Shown: positions 18,035-35,112 of the stretch, in pieces
Numbering within the stretch: the first letter of the stretch is position 1
How the letters are laid out: each line of letters starts with the position of its first letter
From: the human T2T-CHM13v2.0 reference genome, Homo sapiens
Assembly: GCF_009914755.1 (NCBI RefSeq)
Contig: NC_060927.1
DNA length: 64,000 bases
Direction: 5' to 3' (one strand)
Program-made: the position numbers and the translations under genes
The notes under the pieces: model-generated
What the model saw: the letters and a program-made list of their open reading frames with translations, nothing else
Database searches by the model: none
Told to the model about the DNA's origin: nothing

Positions 18035-20880
18035 TATATGTTTGTGTGCATATATGTTTAGAATTGTGATATTTTCCTGTTAGAAAAGGCCTTTTACCAT
18101 TATATGATGTTCTTCTGTGTCTTTTACTGTTGCTTTAAGGTTTGTTTTGTCTGATATAAGAATAGCTATCCCTACTTGCTTTTGGCGTCCATTTGCATGA
18201 AATGCCTTTTTCCACCCCTTTACTTTATGTTTATGGAAGTCCTTATGTGCTAGGTGAGTCTCCTGAAGGCAGCAGGTTAGTTGGTTGATGAGTTCTTATC
18301 CATTCTGTGGTTCTGTATCTAAGTGAAGCATTTAGGCCATTTACATTCAATGTTAGTATTGAGATGTGAGGTCCTGTTGCATTAATTGTGCTATTTGTTG
18401 CCTGTGTATGTTGGTTTTTTTGTTTTTTTGTTTTTGCTTTTTAACTTGTATTTTTGTTTTATAGGTCCTGTGTGATCTATGCTTTAAAGAGATTCTGTTT
18501 TGATGTGTTTCCAGGATTTGTTTCAAAATTTAGAGCTTCTTTTAGCAGCTCTTGTAGTGCTGGCTTGGTAGTGGCGAATTCTCTCAGCATTTGTTTGTCT
18601 GAAAAAGACTATCTTTCCTTCATATATATGCTTAGTTTCACTGGATACAAAATTCTTGGCTGATAATTGTTTTGTTTGAGGGGGGCTGAAAATAGGGCCC
18701 CAATCCCTTCTAGCTTGTAGGGTTTCTGCTGAGAAATCTGCTGTTAATCGGATAGGTTTTCTTTCATAGGTTTACTGTTGCTTTCGCTTCACAGATATTA
18801 AAATTCCTTCTGTCATCTTGACTTTAGATAACCTAATGACTGTGTGCCTAGGCAATGATCTTTTTGCAATGAATTTTCCGGATTTTCTTTGAGCTTTTTG
18901 TTATTTGGATGTCTAGATCTCTAGCAAGAGCGGGGAAGTTTTCCTTAATTATTCCCTCAAATATGTTTGCCAAAATTTTAGATTTATCTTCTTCCTTGGG
19001 AACACCAATTATTCTTAGGTTTAGTTGTTGAACATCATCTCAGACTTCTTGGAGACTGTTCATATTTCCTTATTCTTTTTTCTTTGTCTTTGTTGAACTG
19101 GGTTAATTTAAAGACCTTGTCTTTGAGCTCTGCATTTCTTTCTTCTACTTGTTCAATTCTATCGCTGAGACTTCCCAGAGCATTTTGCATTCCATAAGTG
19201 TGTCTAGTGTTTCCTGAATGTTTGATTGTTTTTTCTTTAAGCTATCTATTTCCTTGAAGATTTCTCCCTTCACTTCTTGTATCATTTTTTTGGATTTCCT
19301 TGCATTGGGCTTCGCCTTTCTCTGGTGCCTCTCTGATTAGCTTAATATCTAACCTCCTGAATTCTTTTTCAGGTAAATCAGGGATTTCTTCTTGGTTTGT
19401 ATTCATTGCTGGTGAACTAGTGTGATTTTTTGGGGGGTGTTAAAGAGCTCTGTTTTGTCGTATTACCAGATTTGATTTTCTGGTTCCTTCTCATTTGGGT
19501 AGGCTCTGTCCGGGGAAAAGTCTAGGGCTGAAGGCTATTGTTCAGATTCTTTTGTCCCACGGAGTACAAACTACTACTTGATGTAGTACTCTCCCCCTTT
19601 TCCTATGGATGTGGCTTCCTGTAAGCCAAACTGCAGTGATTGTTGTCTCTCTTCTGGGTCTAGCCACCCAGTGAATTTACCCGGCTCCAGGCTGGTACTG
19701 GGGATTGTCTGCATGGAGTCCTGTGTTGTGAACCATTTATAGGTCTCTCAACCATAGATACCAATACCTGTTCCAGGGGAGGCAGCGGGGGGTGCAATGG
19801 ACTCCCTGAGGGTTCTTAGCTTTGGTGGTTTAATACTCTATTTTTGTGGTGGTTGGCCTCTTGCAGGAAGGTGGCACTTTCTAGAGAGCATCAGCGGTGG
19901 TAGTGTGGAGAGGAACCAGTGGTGGGTGGGGCCCTAGAACTCCCAAGATTATATGACCTTTGTCCTCAGCTACCCAGGTGGGTAGGGAAGGACCATCAGG
20001 TGGGGGCAGGGCTAGGCATGTCTGAGCTCAGACTCTCCTTGGGCGGGTGTTGCTGTGGCGGCTGTGGGGGATGGAGGTGAAGTTCCCAGGTCAATGGAGT
20101 TGTGTATCTAGGAGGATTATGTCTGCCTCTGCTGAGTCATGCAAGCTGTCAGGGAAGCCAGGGAAAGCTGGCAGTCACAGACTTCACCCAGCTCCCAAAT
20201 AGACTGAAGGGCCAGTCTCATTCCCATAGTGCCCCCGCAATAGCCCTGAGTCTGTTTCCAGGAGGTGGATCAGCTGGCCTTGAAAACTTGCCCCAGGCTA
20301 CCTGCCTCCCAGCTGCAAAAGAAAAAGCCTTGGTTCTTCCCCTGCCTGTGGAGTGTGCACACCAGATTCTCACCCTACTTCGAGTTCTGGCCAGGAGGCT
20401 TCTCACCCCGTTGAAATTGTTACAAAGTTCAGCTGGAGATTTCCTTCTCCCTGGTGTTCCTTGCCCACTCCTCTGGCCACCCTCCCAGTGGATCCTTCTG
20501 GTGCCAGAAAGGAATGGCCTGCTTGGGGACACAGTGAGCTCCCAGGGCCTTCCTGCTGCTTCCTCTACCCCTGTACTTTGCTCGGCTCTTTAAATTGACT
20601 CAGTTCCAGGTAAGGTCAGAAACTTCTCCCGCAAACAGACCTTCAGTTTCTCCAGTGGGGGTGTGTGTTCGGGAGAGGAGGCTCTCCCTTTCCCACTTCT
20701 GCAGTTGGGACACTCACAGTATTTGAGGTTTCTCCCAGGTCCTGCAGGAGCAGTCTGCTTCCTTCAGAGGGTCTGTGGGTCCACTTGGGATTGCTGGTTT
20801 GTTCTTCCAGTCGATCTGGAGCTAAAATTCACAATGTGAGCCTTCGCACGCTGCTCTGTCCATCCACATCGGAGCTGCCT
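18035..20880 (-). mobile_element. L1PB-type 5' half (5'UTR, ORF1, start of ORF2 endonuclease); 3' part absent
   Basis: Endonuclease text (gtctgatataagaatagcta), ORF1 text (gtttctgctgagaaatctgctgttaat), L1PBa-like 5'UTR ending ggagctaaaattcacaatgtgagcc...ggagctgc. Confidence 0.82.
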
Positions 20881-21019
20881 ATCCACAATTCTTAGCAAAT
20901 GGCACATAGTTAGTGCTCTGAATAGGACACAGTCAGTTCATTGAATTGAGTGCTGCAAGCTTAAAGCATTTCTTAGCCTTTTGATATAAAACATGATTTT
21001 CTCCTAAGTGAAAATGGCA

Positions 21020-21125
21020 TTCATTTTACAAAAACATATTGAGCATCTACTATAACCCTGGCATTGTTTTAGGTGCTGTGAATATGGCAATTAACAAAAT
21101 ACTTAAAAATTCCTATCTTCAAAAA
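21020..21125 (-). mobile_element. L2 3' fragment
   Basis: cattcattt...tattgagcatctactat...ggcattgttttaggtgctgtgaatatggca. Confidence 0.65.
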
Positions 21126-21340
21126 AGCCACTGGACATTTCTAACCGATCCTGGTTTCCTTTGGAAACCAGAGTTAAGGTGCAACCTAGTATTGTTGTCT
21201 AAATAACCATCGTTAATAAGTTATTATCCTGCAATAATTTGTGGATTAGCAGTCAGGCATTATAATCACATTATAATCATTTTTGTTAAATATGATGATA
21301 TTTTAAGCATTTAAATTTATATAATCATTAATCTTCTATA

Positions 21341-21652
21341 TGTGCACTGTCCAGTAAGGTAGCCACTGGTCACATGTAGCTATTGAGCACTTGGAATGTG
21401 AGTAGTCTGAAATGAGATGTTTCTTAAGTGTAAAACACATACTAGATTTCAAAGATTTATTTTAAGAAAGTAATATAAAATATCTCTTAATTTTACATTG
21501 ATTTTATGTTCAATAATATTTTGAATATATTGAATTAAATGAAACATTAATAAAATTAGTTTCTGCTCTTTCCTTTTATTTGTATTTATGGGATCATAAG
21601 AAAGTTTGGTCCCTATATACCTTACATTATATTTCTGTTGGGCAGTATTCTT
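21341..21652 (-). mobile_element. MER33 MITE
   Basis: gcactgtccagtaaggtagccactggtcacatgtagctattgagcacttg...atatttctgttgggcagt. Confidence 0.8.
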
Positions 21653-23342
21653 CTAGATACCTCCTTTATACTTAGCTGGTGTTTCTCAAATATGGTTTTT
21701 AGTAGACAGGAAGACAGATTTAAGTAAAGGTTTAAAAGTTTATCGTTGTATTCACAGAGTCTTTAATATGTTACTTAGAAATGCGAATTTTCATGAAGAT
21801 AGGAATTGTTCACAGTGTTTCCCAGATCACTTTTACTAGGAGCCCTCTTGGAACACCCTTTGCTAATATCCAAGTAAAGTGATGCACTGTGCTGCTCATC
21901 TAGGAACTTGGCACAAAGGCACTGATGGCAGAAGAGGTTTTAATTCACAAGGCCAGGCTTCCATTCATTTTCTGGATTTTTCCTTGTTTTTCTAAATAAA
22001 ATCAACACTGATAGGTTTTAAAATGTAATTGTATTGCTTAAATATAATTCACCAAATCTTGAAAAGTTTGATTAAAAAAAAATTGAGATCCACTGGATTT
22101 ACCAAAATGATTCATTTAAAAAATAAGTACTTGTAATGGGCTTGTCCGTTTGGGTGGTGACACAGAGAGAAATCCAGTGATGAATGGCGTAGAATTACTA
22201 GTTGATAAGTCATATTTTGACAGAAGAATATACCACTTAAAGGACCTACACTCTGGGAAATGATAAATTCCAGAAAGCAATTGAGCTGGGAGTTACTCCA
22301 GTGATAAATGCTACCATTTATTATATTCAGAAGTCCTTGTTATAAAGGCATCCAGGAGATATCTAGGTGTAAGCCACAGTGTCATAAGCCTCAAATGAGC
22401 TTTCTGTTAGTCCACCTATTCCAGAGTGTGAGTCTCTCCTCTGAAGACATCAATCTCACACTTGGAACAACAGAATCGCAGCTCTGTGCTTTGAGTAACT
22501 CAAAATGGTTCTCAGGCCTTCACCCAGACATTTCCCCCAGCACAAAATCCATTGGTTATACATCCCAGGGAAATGCCACATTGTTGACATTTTGGTAAAA
22601 ACTACATGGTCTTTCTGTTAACATGACTTCTGACAGAAACTAAATAGAGTAGAATCTGTCCATTCTAATAATTCACCAACGATAGCCATTCCCCATAGAG
22701 AGAGAAAAGACAATTGCTATGTTAAAGGCCCCTGTTTGATCTCTCCTTGTGTTGTCAAGATTTTGTAATGGAAATGAAAAAATATGTAATTCCTTCCTTC
22801 CAATTTTATTTTTTTGTCCTTTGTGGCAGCAAGCTTACCAAGTAGGAATAAACAAAGGAAAATCTAAGAAAGCAAGACTGGAGAAGCTGAGTAAGTGAGA
22901 TCTTCTTGCCAAAGGTTGTATCTGGGTGATTCATCCAAATTAAATGTGGTAGAGTTGATCTGATTGTTGGGTCTACTTAATGGCAAGTTTCTGCAAAGTC
23001 AGTTGACTCAACATAGCAATGAGCTGAATTGACCATTAAACCAGATCAAACCCAGTAAATTAGCTATCCTTTGGTCCTCTGTTTTCCAGTCATAACAACA
23101 TAGTCATAAATCAGATAAACAACCATCCAACTGACAAACAAAAATCAGAACAGAGTATAAAATGAATACCTATAATTGAAATACTCATTTCCCATTAGGT
23201 GTTCATGCAATAAATCAAAATAACTTTTGTTTTCTCTTTTGATTTTGTTAATGTACTAGTGATGCCCTGGTATGGACTTGTAGATACTGAGAACTTATTT
23301 GCAAGGTTGCACTGAAATTTTATTCTAAAAAAGTATTGGCTT

Positions 23343-23777
<435 letters not shown>

Positions 23778-23966
23778 CTAAGATGACACTGGGAAAGACA
23801 TTTTTGAGTGTTTTTAATACCAAATGATATGTCTCACTGTAGAAACTTTAGAATTGTAAATAGGCAAATTAAGGGAATAATTAACTGTAATTTCACCACC
23901 CAGATAGAACCCCACTACAATGGTAACGTATATCTTTCCAGATGTTTCCCTTACATTAGAATATGA

Positions 23967-24294
<328 letters not shown>

Positions 24295-25134
24295 TGATTT
24301 TCTAAACTGTGTTTATAATATAATTATTTCTTTTATCTTTTCTTTTTAATATATGTAATAAAATTGATGGATGTATACTTTTCTATACCATGTATAGACC
24401 AGTTTTATTTAACCAATTCCCTGTTGTTCTGTGATTGTTCCCAAATGTTTGCTCTTATAGGCAATGATTCAGGGAATATCCTTGAACATGTGTTTGTTGA
24501 CTTGCTCAGTTATTCCTCTAGATAGATTTCTAAAACTAGAATAGATGAGTCAAGGAGAAAGTACACTAAAATTTTTTTGATACATTTTGCCAAATTGCCT
24601 TTCAGAAATGGTGTGCCTGTCAGTACACAATTCATTGAGTATTCAGTATGCACTATAAGAGTGAAGGAGGCATATAAATTCCTGATGCTAGGAAACTGAC
24701 AAGCTAAGAGGACAATGTTTAGCTATAAAAACCTTTTGAAGAGCGAATTGTTACAATTTAGCAGCAAAATAACTTTACCTAAGCAATGCATTTGTAAAAA
24801 GCACATTTAAAATGTATTTATTTTAAAATATTTTAAAAATAAGCATTTAAAAATAGTTCTCTTTAAGTAAGTCTGATTTTTGGTCCTACTTAGTGACACA
24901 TTTCTGCAAAGTAAATGGACTTAGTACAGCAGTATCTGTATTGATCATTAAACCAGGCCAAACCCATGAACTTGACTATTCTTTTATCTTGTTTGCCAGT
25001 CATAAACACAAAATGTGTAACTAGAAAAATGCACAAATTATCAATGTATGGAAGACAAGCAGCACCTCAGAAGCCCCTCTCAGGCCTTTGTTCAGTTGCT
25101 ATCTCCTCACTTATCAAAGATCATCATGACTCGC

Positions 25135-25567
25135 TAGTGTCACATAAGACTTATTAAATAAATGTGTATGCGTTTCTCCTGTTAATCTTACTTGTGTCAC
25201 CTTAATTCTCAGACTCAGCCCAGGACTCTAAGAGGGGAAAGATGGCCGGGCGTGGTGGTTCACGTCTGTAATCCTAGCACTTGGGAGTCCGAGGCCGGCG
25301 GATCACCCGAGGTCAGGGGTTTGAGACCAGCCTGGCCAACATGGCGAAACCCTGTCTCTACTAAAAAATACAAAAACTAGCCATGCGTGGTGGCACATTC
25401 CTGTAATCCCAGGTGGGAGAATTGCTTGAACCTGGCAGGTGGAGGTTGCAGTAAGTCAATATTGTGCCTCTGCACTCCAGCCTGGGTGACAGAGTGAGAC
25501 TCTTTCCAAAAAAAAAAAAAAAAAGGGGGGGGGAAGGGGGAGAGATAAAGTTTTTGTCTCCCCTACA
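25135..25567 (+). mobile_element. ERV1 LTR 3' part (MER34/MER39-like), split by an Alu
   Basis: ttaaataaatgtgtatgcgtttctcctgttaatct...aaagtttttgtctcccctaca terminus. Confidence 0.6.
25244..25524 (+). mobile_element. AluS with a small right-arm deletion
   Basis: Dimer with A tail; TSD-like aagaggggaaagat / aagggggagagat. Confidence 0.92.
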
Positions 25568-25569
25568 AC

Positions 25570-25964
25570 AGGTACAATAGAATATTATTCAGCCCTATAA
25601 AGGAATGAAATTCTGAAACATGCTACAACATGGATGCACCTTAAAGACACTATGCTAAGTGAAAGAAGCTGGAAACAAAAAGGATAAATACTGTATGATT
25701 CCATTTATGTGAGGTATCTAGAATAATCAAATACATAGACATAGAAAGTAGACTAGCAGTTACCAGAGGCTGGGAGGTAGAGAACAAAAATCAAGTATTG
25801 CTCTTCAATGGGCACAGAGTTTCAGTTTGGGATGGATGAAAAAGTTCTGAGATAAAGGGTAATAATGCTTGTACAACAATGTGAATGTACTTAATGCTAC
25901 TAAACTGTACAGTAAAAATGGTTAAAATAATAAATTTTATGTTATATATATTTTACTAGAAAAA
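25570..25964 (+). mobile_element. L1MB 3' end (plus strand)
   Basis: gaatattattcagcc...atgctacaacatggatg...aatgtgaatgtacttaatgc...aaaatggttaaaat. Confidence 0.85.
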
Positions 25965-26240
25965 GGTGGTGATTTTCCTAACTTTTAAATTCTTTATTTG
26001 TTCTGTACTTTATGCAAATTGAATTATACAGTATATCTTCTTTTGTCTCTGGCTTCTTTGCCTCACCATTATTCTTTGTAAAATTTATCATGTTGGTGCA
26101 TGTGATTGTTGTAATCTGTTTATTTTCATAGCTTTAACGTATTGGTTAATATGGATAAACTATATTTTCCTGTTGATGGACATTGATTCCATTCATTTAT
26201 TCTTTGTTTGCTTACTTTGCTTTTTTCGACAAGGCTGCTA

Positions 26241-26581
<341 letters not shown>

Positions 26582-27803
26582 TTGCTGTGAATATTTTTGT
26601 ATGTGTCTTTTGGTGTTGGTGACACAGGAACATATTTCTAGTGGATATGTGTGTATCTCGAAGAGAAGAATTGCTGATCATTGGTAGGCCTACCACAGTG
26701 TGTGAGAGCTCCAGTTGTTTCATGTCCTTATCACTTCTCGAGGATTCTTTTGTTTGTTTAGCTATTGCAGTCGGCTCATGGTGATATCTCATTGCAGTTT
26801 TAATTTAATTTATATTTTCCTAATGATTAATGATGTTTAACTTCTTTCAGTAAGTGCATTGGCCATTTGGATATCCTGTTTTGTGTGAAGTACCTTTTAT
26901 TCATTTTTCTATTGGATTGTCTTTTTATTTTTCTTGTTGATTTATAGGGGTTCTTTATCCTGGAGCCTTTGTGGAATACAGGGATTCCAAAAAATATTCC
27001 CATTCAGTGGCCTTGTTTTTCTTACTGTCTTAATGGTGCCTCTTGATAAACGAAAATCTAATTTTAATGTAGTGTAATTCATCATTCCTTTTCTCTATGG
27101 CTAGTGCTTTTATGTTCGGTTTAGGAACTGTTGGCTTATCCCAAAGTCCTGAAGATATTTGCCTGTGTTATCTTCTAGTACTTTTATGTTTTTGCCTTTT
27201 GCCTGTAGATCCATGAGGTATTTATAATTAAATTTTGTGTATCATGTGAATATGATGAGTGGGGAGATGCTGAAATTCTTTTTTTTTTTTTTTTTTCTGT
27301 GAGGATAGCCTTTTGACACAGCATCATGTATTGGAAGAACTGCTTTTACCCACAACACTTCACTCCTGACCTTTGTTATAAAAGAGGTATATGCCATGGT
27401 TTAGATTCCAGGCTCTCTATTTTGTTATATTGGTCTATTTATTCTTGCACTAATATCACCCTATCTTAATTGCATTAGCTCTATACTTGGTCATGTATCT
27501 ACTGAGATATATGATTTCTTTCCTTTCCTCTGTTAATGTCATAATTTTATTGATTGGTCTGCAAATGTTAAGTCAACCTCAAATTATTGGAATAAAGTCA
27601 ATTTAATCACAGTATATTTTTATTTCACATATCACTGGTTTGCTAATCTTTTGCTAAGATTTTTGTGTGTCTGTGCCTGTGGATGATATTGGTCTTTAAT
27701 TTCATTTCTTGTAATATTTTTAAAATTGGATTTTGTCATCAAATTGGGAAGTATTCTCTGTGTTCACTGTAAAGATTTGTGTTCTATGGCTCAATTTCTT
27801 TAA

Positions 27804-28208
<405 letters not shown>

Positions 28209-28495
28209 TAAACTTGTGCATCATAACTTCTTTATCATCACTTTAATGTCTTAGGATCTTTAGTCATTTCTCCATTTTCATTCTTGATAGTGGTGATTTA
28301 TCCTTTTATCTCTTTTTACATGATTAGTCTTTCTGGGATACTGCCAATTCTAGTCTCTTTAGATAAGAACAACTTTTGAATTTGTTGATCTTCTCTATCT
28401 TAAAATTGCTTTGTATTTTGTTGATTTATGCTTCTATCTTTACTATTTCTTTATTTCTACTTCCTTTCACTCTAATTTGCTATTTTAAAAACTTC

Positions 28496-29531
28496 TTTTT
28501 TTGAAAAATTTTTTCAATGATAACTCAATTTGATAGAAAATATTAAATATGAAGATTTTTGTTAAATTTGAAGGTATAAATCTTCTGGCTCTTCAAATAT
28601 ATGCACATTTGCAAATAAATTAAAAAATTTAAGTTATATAGCTTAATATAGTTTAAAACACATAAGACTTTCTATTATTTAAGAAATATTAATGTCACAC
28701 TATAAACATTCATTGTTGATGTCACCTTTATTATATTCAATTTATAAATTCCCATTCAACATTATAATCAGAACTTATTCTGAGGGATAAAAAAACAGAT
28801 ATTTTAATTCGAAGGACATTACAAATACTATATCTTTCATGATTCTCAAGACTATACAAAATACCTTCCAAACTGTTTAAGAACTTAGTATTAAATATAA
28901 GATCTGATGGTTTCTTAATAAATACAAGTCTAACCATAATTACATCTTAATATTTCTGTGAGTATCTGCCTTCTCCTTAGCATATTAAACACTATATTGT
29001 GTCTTTTAGGATAAAAAAATTTCATTTGTAAAAAAATGAAGAAAAGATAAAATTTACAATATACATAGACTTTTTTATATTGTTGTGTTTTGAGATGAGG
29101 CTATTACTCCTGAGAAATTCACAGATATTTTTTATTTTCAAAAATCTCAATTTTGAGTTATCCAATCTTTGGTGGAATTCCAGGCATTGTGAGTTCAGGC
29201 TGGTAGTTCCCGGGGATGATTTGGGGACCTGTGTGCATGGCTGATAGGCTGGAAATGTGTATTTCCAAGTAGGTGAGCCAGGACACCCTTGAAAGGTATG
29301 ATGAGCTGCTCTGGAAAGCAAAAGTTCTCCTGGTATATAAGTGCACTGACTCTGAGGATCCAGGGTGGGTGGAGCTGGTGTTTCCCCTGCTTTCTGAAAT
29401 AGATGAATGATATTCAGTCTTCTTTTTTAAATATGTGAGTTTAAGGCAAAAGAATTCCCTGTAAGTATGGCTTTAGCAGCATAATAATCTTTTTTTAACA
29501 TGCAACATTTGAAGTACAATAAATTTTAAGA
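28496..29531 (-). other. Putative retroposed non-repeat insert (intron end + exon + 3'UTR-like), source unidentified
   Basis: T7 at the left end; TSD-like tattttaaaaacttc (28481-28495) / tatttttaaacttc (29532-29545); minus-strand acceptor tatttcag|29393; GC-richer stop-free stretch followed by an AT-rich tail. Confidence 0.45.
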
Positions 29532-29549
29532 TATTTTTAAACTTCCACT

Positions 29550-29995
29550 GAATAGATTCAAGGAAAAAAAAATTGACGAAATCCAGTATTTATTTGTGAT
29601 TAAAAACTCTCAGCAAACCAGGACTAGAAGGGAGCTTTCTCAACTGGGTAAGTGGCTTGTAAGAAAAACCTCCAGCTAATATCATACTCAGTGGTAAAAG
29701 AATAAATGCCTGCCTTCTAAGATCAAAAACAAAGCAAGGATTTCTACTCTCACCACTCCTGTTCAGCATTGTACTAGAGGTTCTTCCCCGTGCAATCAAG
29801 TAAGAAAAAGAAATACAAGTTATCCAGATTGGAAAGGAAGAGGTAAAACTGTTTTTATCCACAGACGATATGGTTATCTATGTAGAAAATCTGTAGAATC
29901 TACATTAAAACTACTTTAGAGTTACAAATACATTTACCAAGGTGTCAGGATTCAAGATTATATGCAAAAAAGTCAGTTACATTTTGTGTCAGCAA
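29550..29995 (+). mobile_element. L1M ORF2 (RT) fragment, plus strand
   Basis: aaaactctcagcaaac...ctctcaccactcctgttcagcattgtactagagg...acagacgatatggttatctatgtagaaaatc. Confidence 0.8.
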
Positions 29996-30059
29996 AATTT
30001 TTCATGGCTCATTTTTTTCTCTTATTTCTCTTATTCTCTCATTTAAAAAATTAGTTATA

Positions 30060-31984
<1,925 letters not shown>

Positions 31985-31989
31985 CTTTT

Positions 31990-33960
31990 ACTATTCTTAT
32001 AGTAGTTACTCTATAAATCACAACACAAATCCTTGATTTATTACATTTAGTATGATTTCATATATTTACGATCTCCTGGACAATGCAGTAACTTTAGAAC
32101 CTGCTAACTCCATTTATCTCCACCTGTTGTGAATATATTTAATGTTGGAGATATTTTAAGCCCTATATTTTTATTATTGTTTTATAGAGATGCTATTCAC
32201 TTAGATTTACCCCAAAACTAATTCTTTCCATTGCTGTTCTTTCTTCTATCTTCTTGCTCCTAAATGTGATCATTTTCCTTCACTGAAGAATACTTATTAG
32301 TGCAAATCTACTGCACAGTACTCATTAGTACAAAGATGCTGCTGACAAATTCTCTAGTTTTTGTTTGTCTGCAAATTTTTATATTTTATTTCAACTTCAT
32401 TTTTGAAGAATACTTTGGCTGGGATTAGAATTGTACATGTGGTAAGCGCTTTTATTTTCCCCATGGCACTTCAAATACCTGTTACCACTGTCTTTGGCTT
32501 TTATTGTTAATAAGCTGTTAGTGTTACTGTTGGTCTCCCATAAGTTAGGTGAATTTTTTCCTCTGATAGTTTTCAACTTTTCTCTTTGTCATTGGTTTTT
32601 AGCAGTTTCACTAAGATATATGCAGGCGTAATTTTCTTTGTATTTATCCTGCTTCAGGTTTGTAACACTTTTTTAGTCTATGGGCTTAATGTCTGCATCC
32701 AATATTTTTTAATCTCAAATATTATCTCTCCAAATATTGTTTTTGCCACATTCTATCTCTTTCTTTCTTTTAGGACTGTAATTATACATATTAGACCTTT
32801 CCTCATGTTCTACATGGCTCTTATTCTCTTTAGTATTTCCCCCTTCTCTTCTTCAGTTGGATTTTTTCTTCTACTTTATCTTCCAGTTTATCGATTCTCT
32901 CTCTCTTTTTTTTTTGACTGGGTTTATTTTGCTTTTTAGCCTATTAATTGAGTTCTTTATTTTGTTGAATTTCTTTTTTTAGTTCTACAATTCCATTTGG
33001 TTTTCTCTTTATGGTTTTCAGGTCTTTGCTGAAATTCCCTCCCTCCCTCCCTTCCTGCCTTCCTGCCTTCCTGCTTTCCTGTCTTCCTGCCTTCCTTCTT
33101 TCCTTCTTTTCTTCCTCAGAATCTCACTCTGTCACCCAGGCTGGAGAGCAGTGCTCTGATTACAGCTCACTGCGGCCTTGACCTCCAGACAGGCTCAAGT
33201 GATTCTCTCACTTCAGCCTCCTGAGCAGCTGGGCACTAACATGCCCAGATAATTTTTGTATTTTTTGTAGAGATGGGGTTTTGCCATGTTGCCCAGGCTG
33301 ATCTTGAATTCCAATATGATACGTAGAATATCTGTATCTTTTATGGATCTATTTCTATTGTCTTTTGTTATTTTGATTTTTAGCTAATATTTTGGCATGC
33401 TTTGTTACTTTTAATTGAATGCTGGTTGCTGTGTATGAAAATTATAGAGACAATTTATATCTGGATCATATCTTACTTTAGAGAGGATTTCTATTCGTTT
33501 CTAGCAGGTGGGTAGCATAGGAACATATTAATTTAATCCGTTCATGAGTTGAGTAGATTCAAAACTGGGGTTCAGTTTCTGTGAGGGCTGCTCTGTTTAG
33601 AGTTCATACCCCTAGTTACAGCACTTCAAGGGTAACAACTTAAAACCCAGGTTTTCACTTGAGCCTCTTCTCCTGTATGAACTCAATCCCCTCTTCACCC
33701 CCTCTCCCAAGCCTGGTGAAATTTCAGTATACTCTCAGCTCTACAGCCTTTCAGACACTACTTTCTGCACAGTTTTTCTCATCTCAGTTGTTCCTTAAAA
33801 ATTTGCAAATGCCTCAAAGGGAAAAGCGGTGTCAAATACCAGTTCAATATTCTGGGTTTCTCCTCTCTCTAAGATCTTGGCCCTATAAATCCTATTTGAG
33901 CAGCTCTCTGATGTCTTTGACAGGTGTTTGCTTCCTTGTTTTAATTTTCTTCAGCCTTAC
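31990..33960 (-). mobile_element. Old L1M ORF1/5' region, highly decayed
   Basis: gacaaattctctagtttttgtttgtctg...ttcatttttgaagaatactttggctgg...tttctttgtatttatcctgctt. Confidence 0.55.
33036..33312 (-). mobile_element. AluJ, 5'-truncated, with (CCTT/CCTG)n tail
   Basis: ctcactctgtcacccaggctgg...ttttgtagagatgggg...gatcttgaattcc. Confidence 0.85.
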
Positions 33961-34377
33961 TAATGGTTAATAGCAGTAAGTTTCATTTCAAATAAGCTAC
34001 TCTGCCATTTTTGGGAAGGGAAAAGTCAGCACTGCTTAGATTTCTATGTTGTTCCCATTTCTGTTATTTTCTCATACTTTTATCTCTGTTTGATGGTAAA
34101 GAAAACAGAAATAGAAATTTTGCTTCAGGTTAAATTCCTAGTTAACGACCCAGCTGAATTAAGAATCCAGTTTTTGGACTACTGATACAGAATCTATTGC
34201 TTTCATCTGATATACACAGTAGAAATACTTCAGTCTTATCAGGAATCATATTCTTTTGATATTGCAGATTCTGCTTAGAAGAAGCATTCTTTTCCATCTA
34301 TAAATATTTAAATTCTATTTATGCTGGCAAGCATGCTAGATTTTGTTTGGGCTCAAAAATTTTAAGTAATCCACACA

Positions 34378-34570
34378 TATTGGGTACTTAGTTGGTCAGA
34401 TATAGTGCCATGGATTTTATGTGCATCAACTCATTCAGTCCTCACGGCGACGCTCTCAGGTTAGATATTTTATCATCTTAATTTTGAGACAAGGAAGCTG
34501 TGTTTCAGAGAGGTTCATTAATTTGCCCAAGTCACACTATTAGTAGTGACAGAACAAGCACTTGAACCTG
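34378..34570 (-). mobile_element. MIR
   Basis: ctcattcagtcctcac...aggaagctg...cagagaggttc...ttgcccaagtcacac...ttgaacc. Confidence 0.75.
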
Positions 34571-34574
34571 TGTG

Positions 34575-35112
<538 letters not shown>

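Noticed and set aside
20102-20895. Overlapping ORFs of 76-163 aa
   Set aside because: They lie in the GC-rich L1PB 5'UTR.
21151-21171. Perfect 9-bp hairpin ctggtttcc-ttt-ggaaaccag
   Set aside because: Isolated; plausible by chance in 64 kb.
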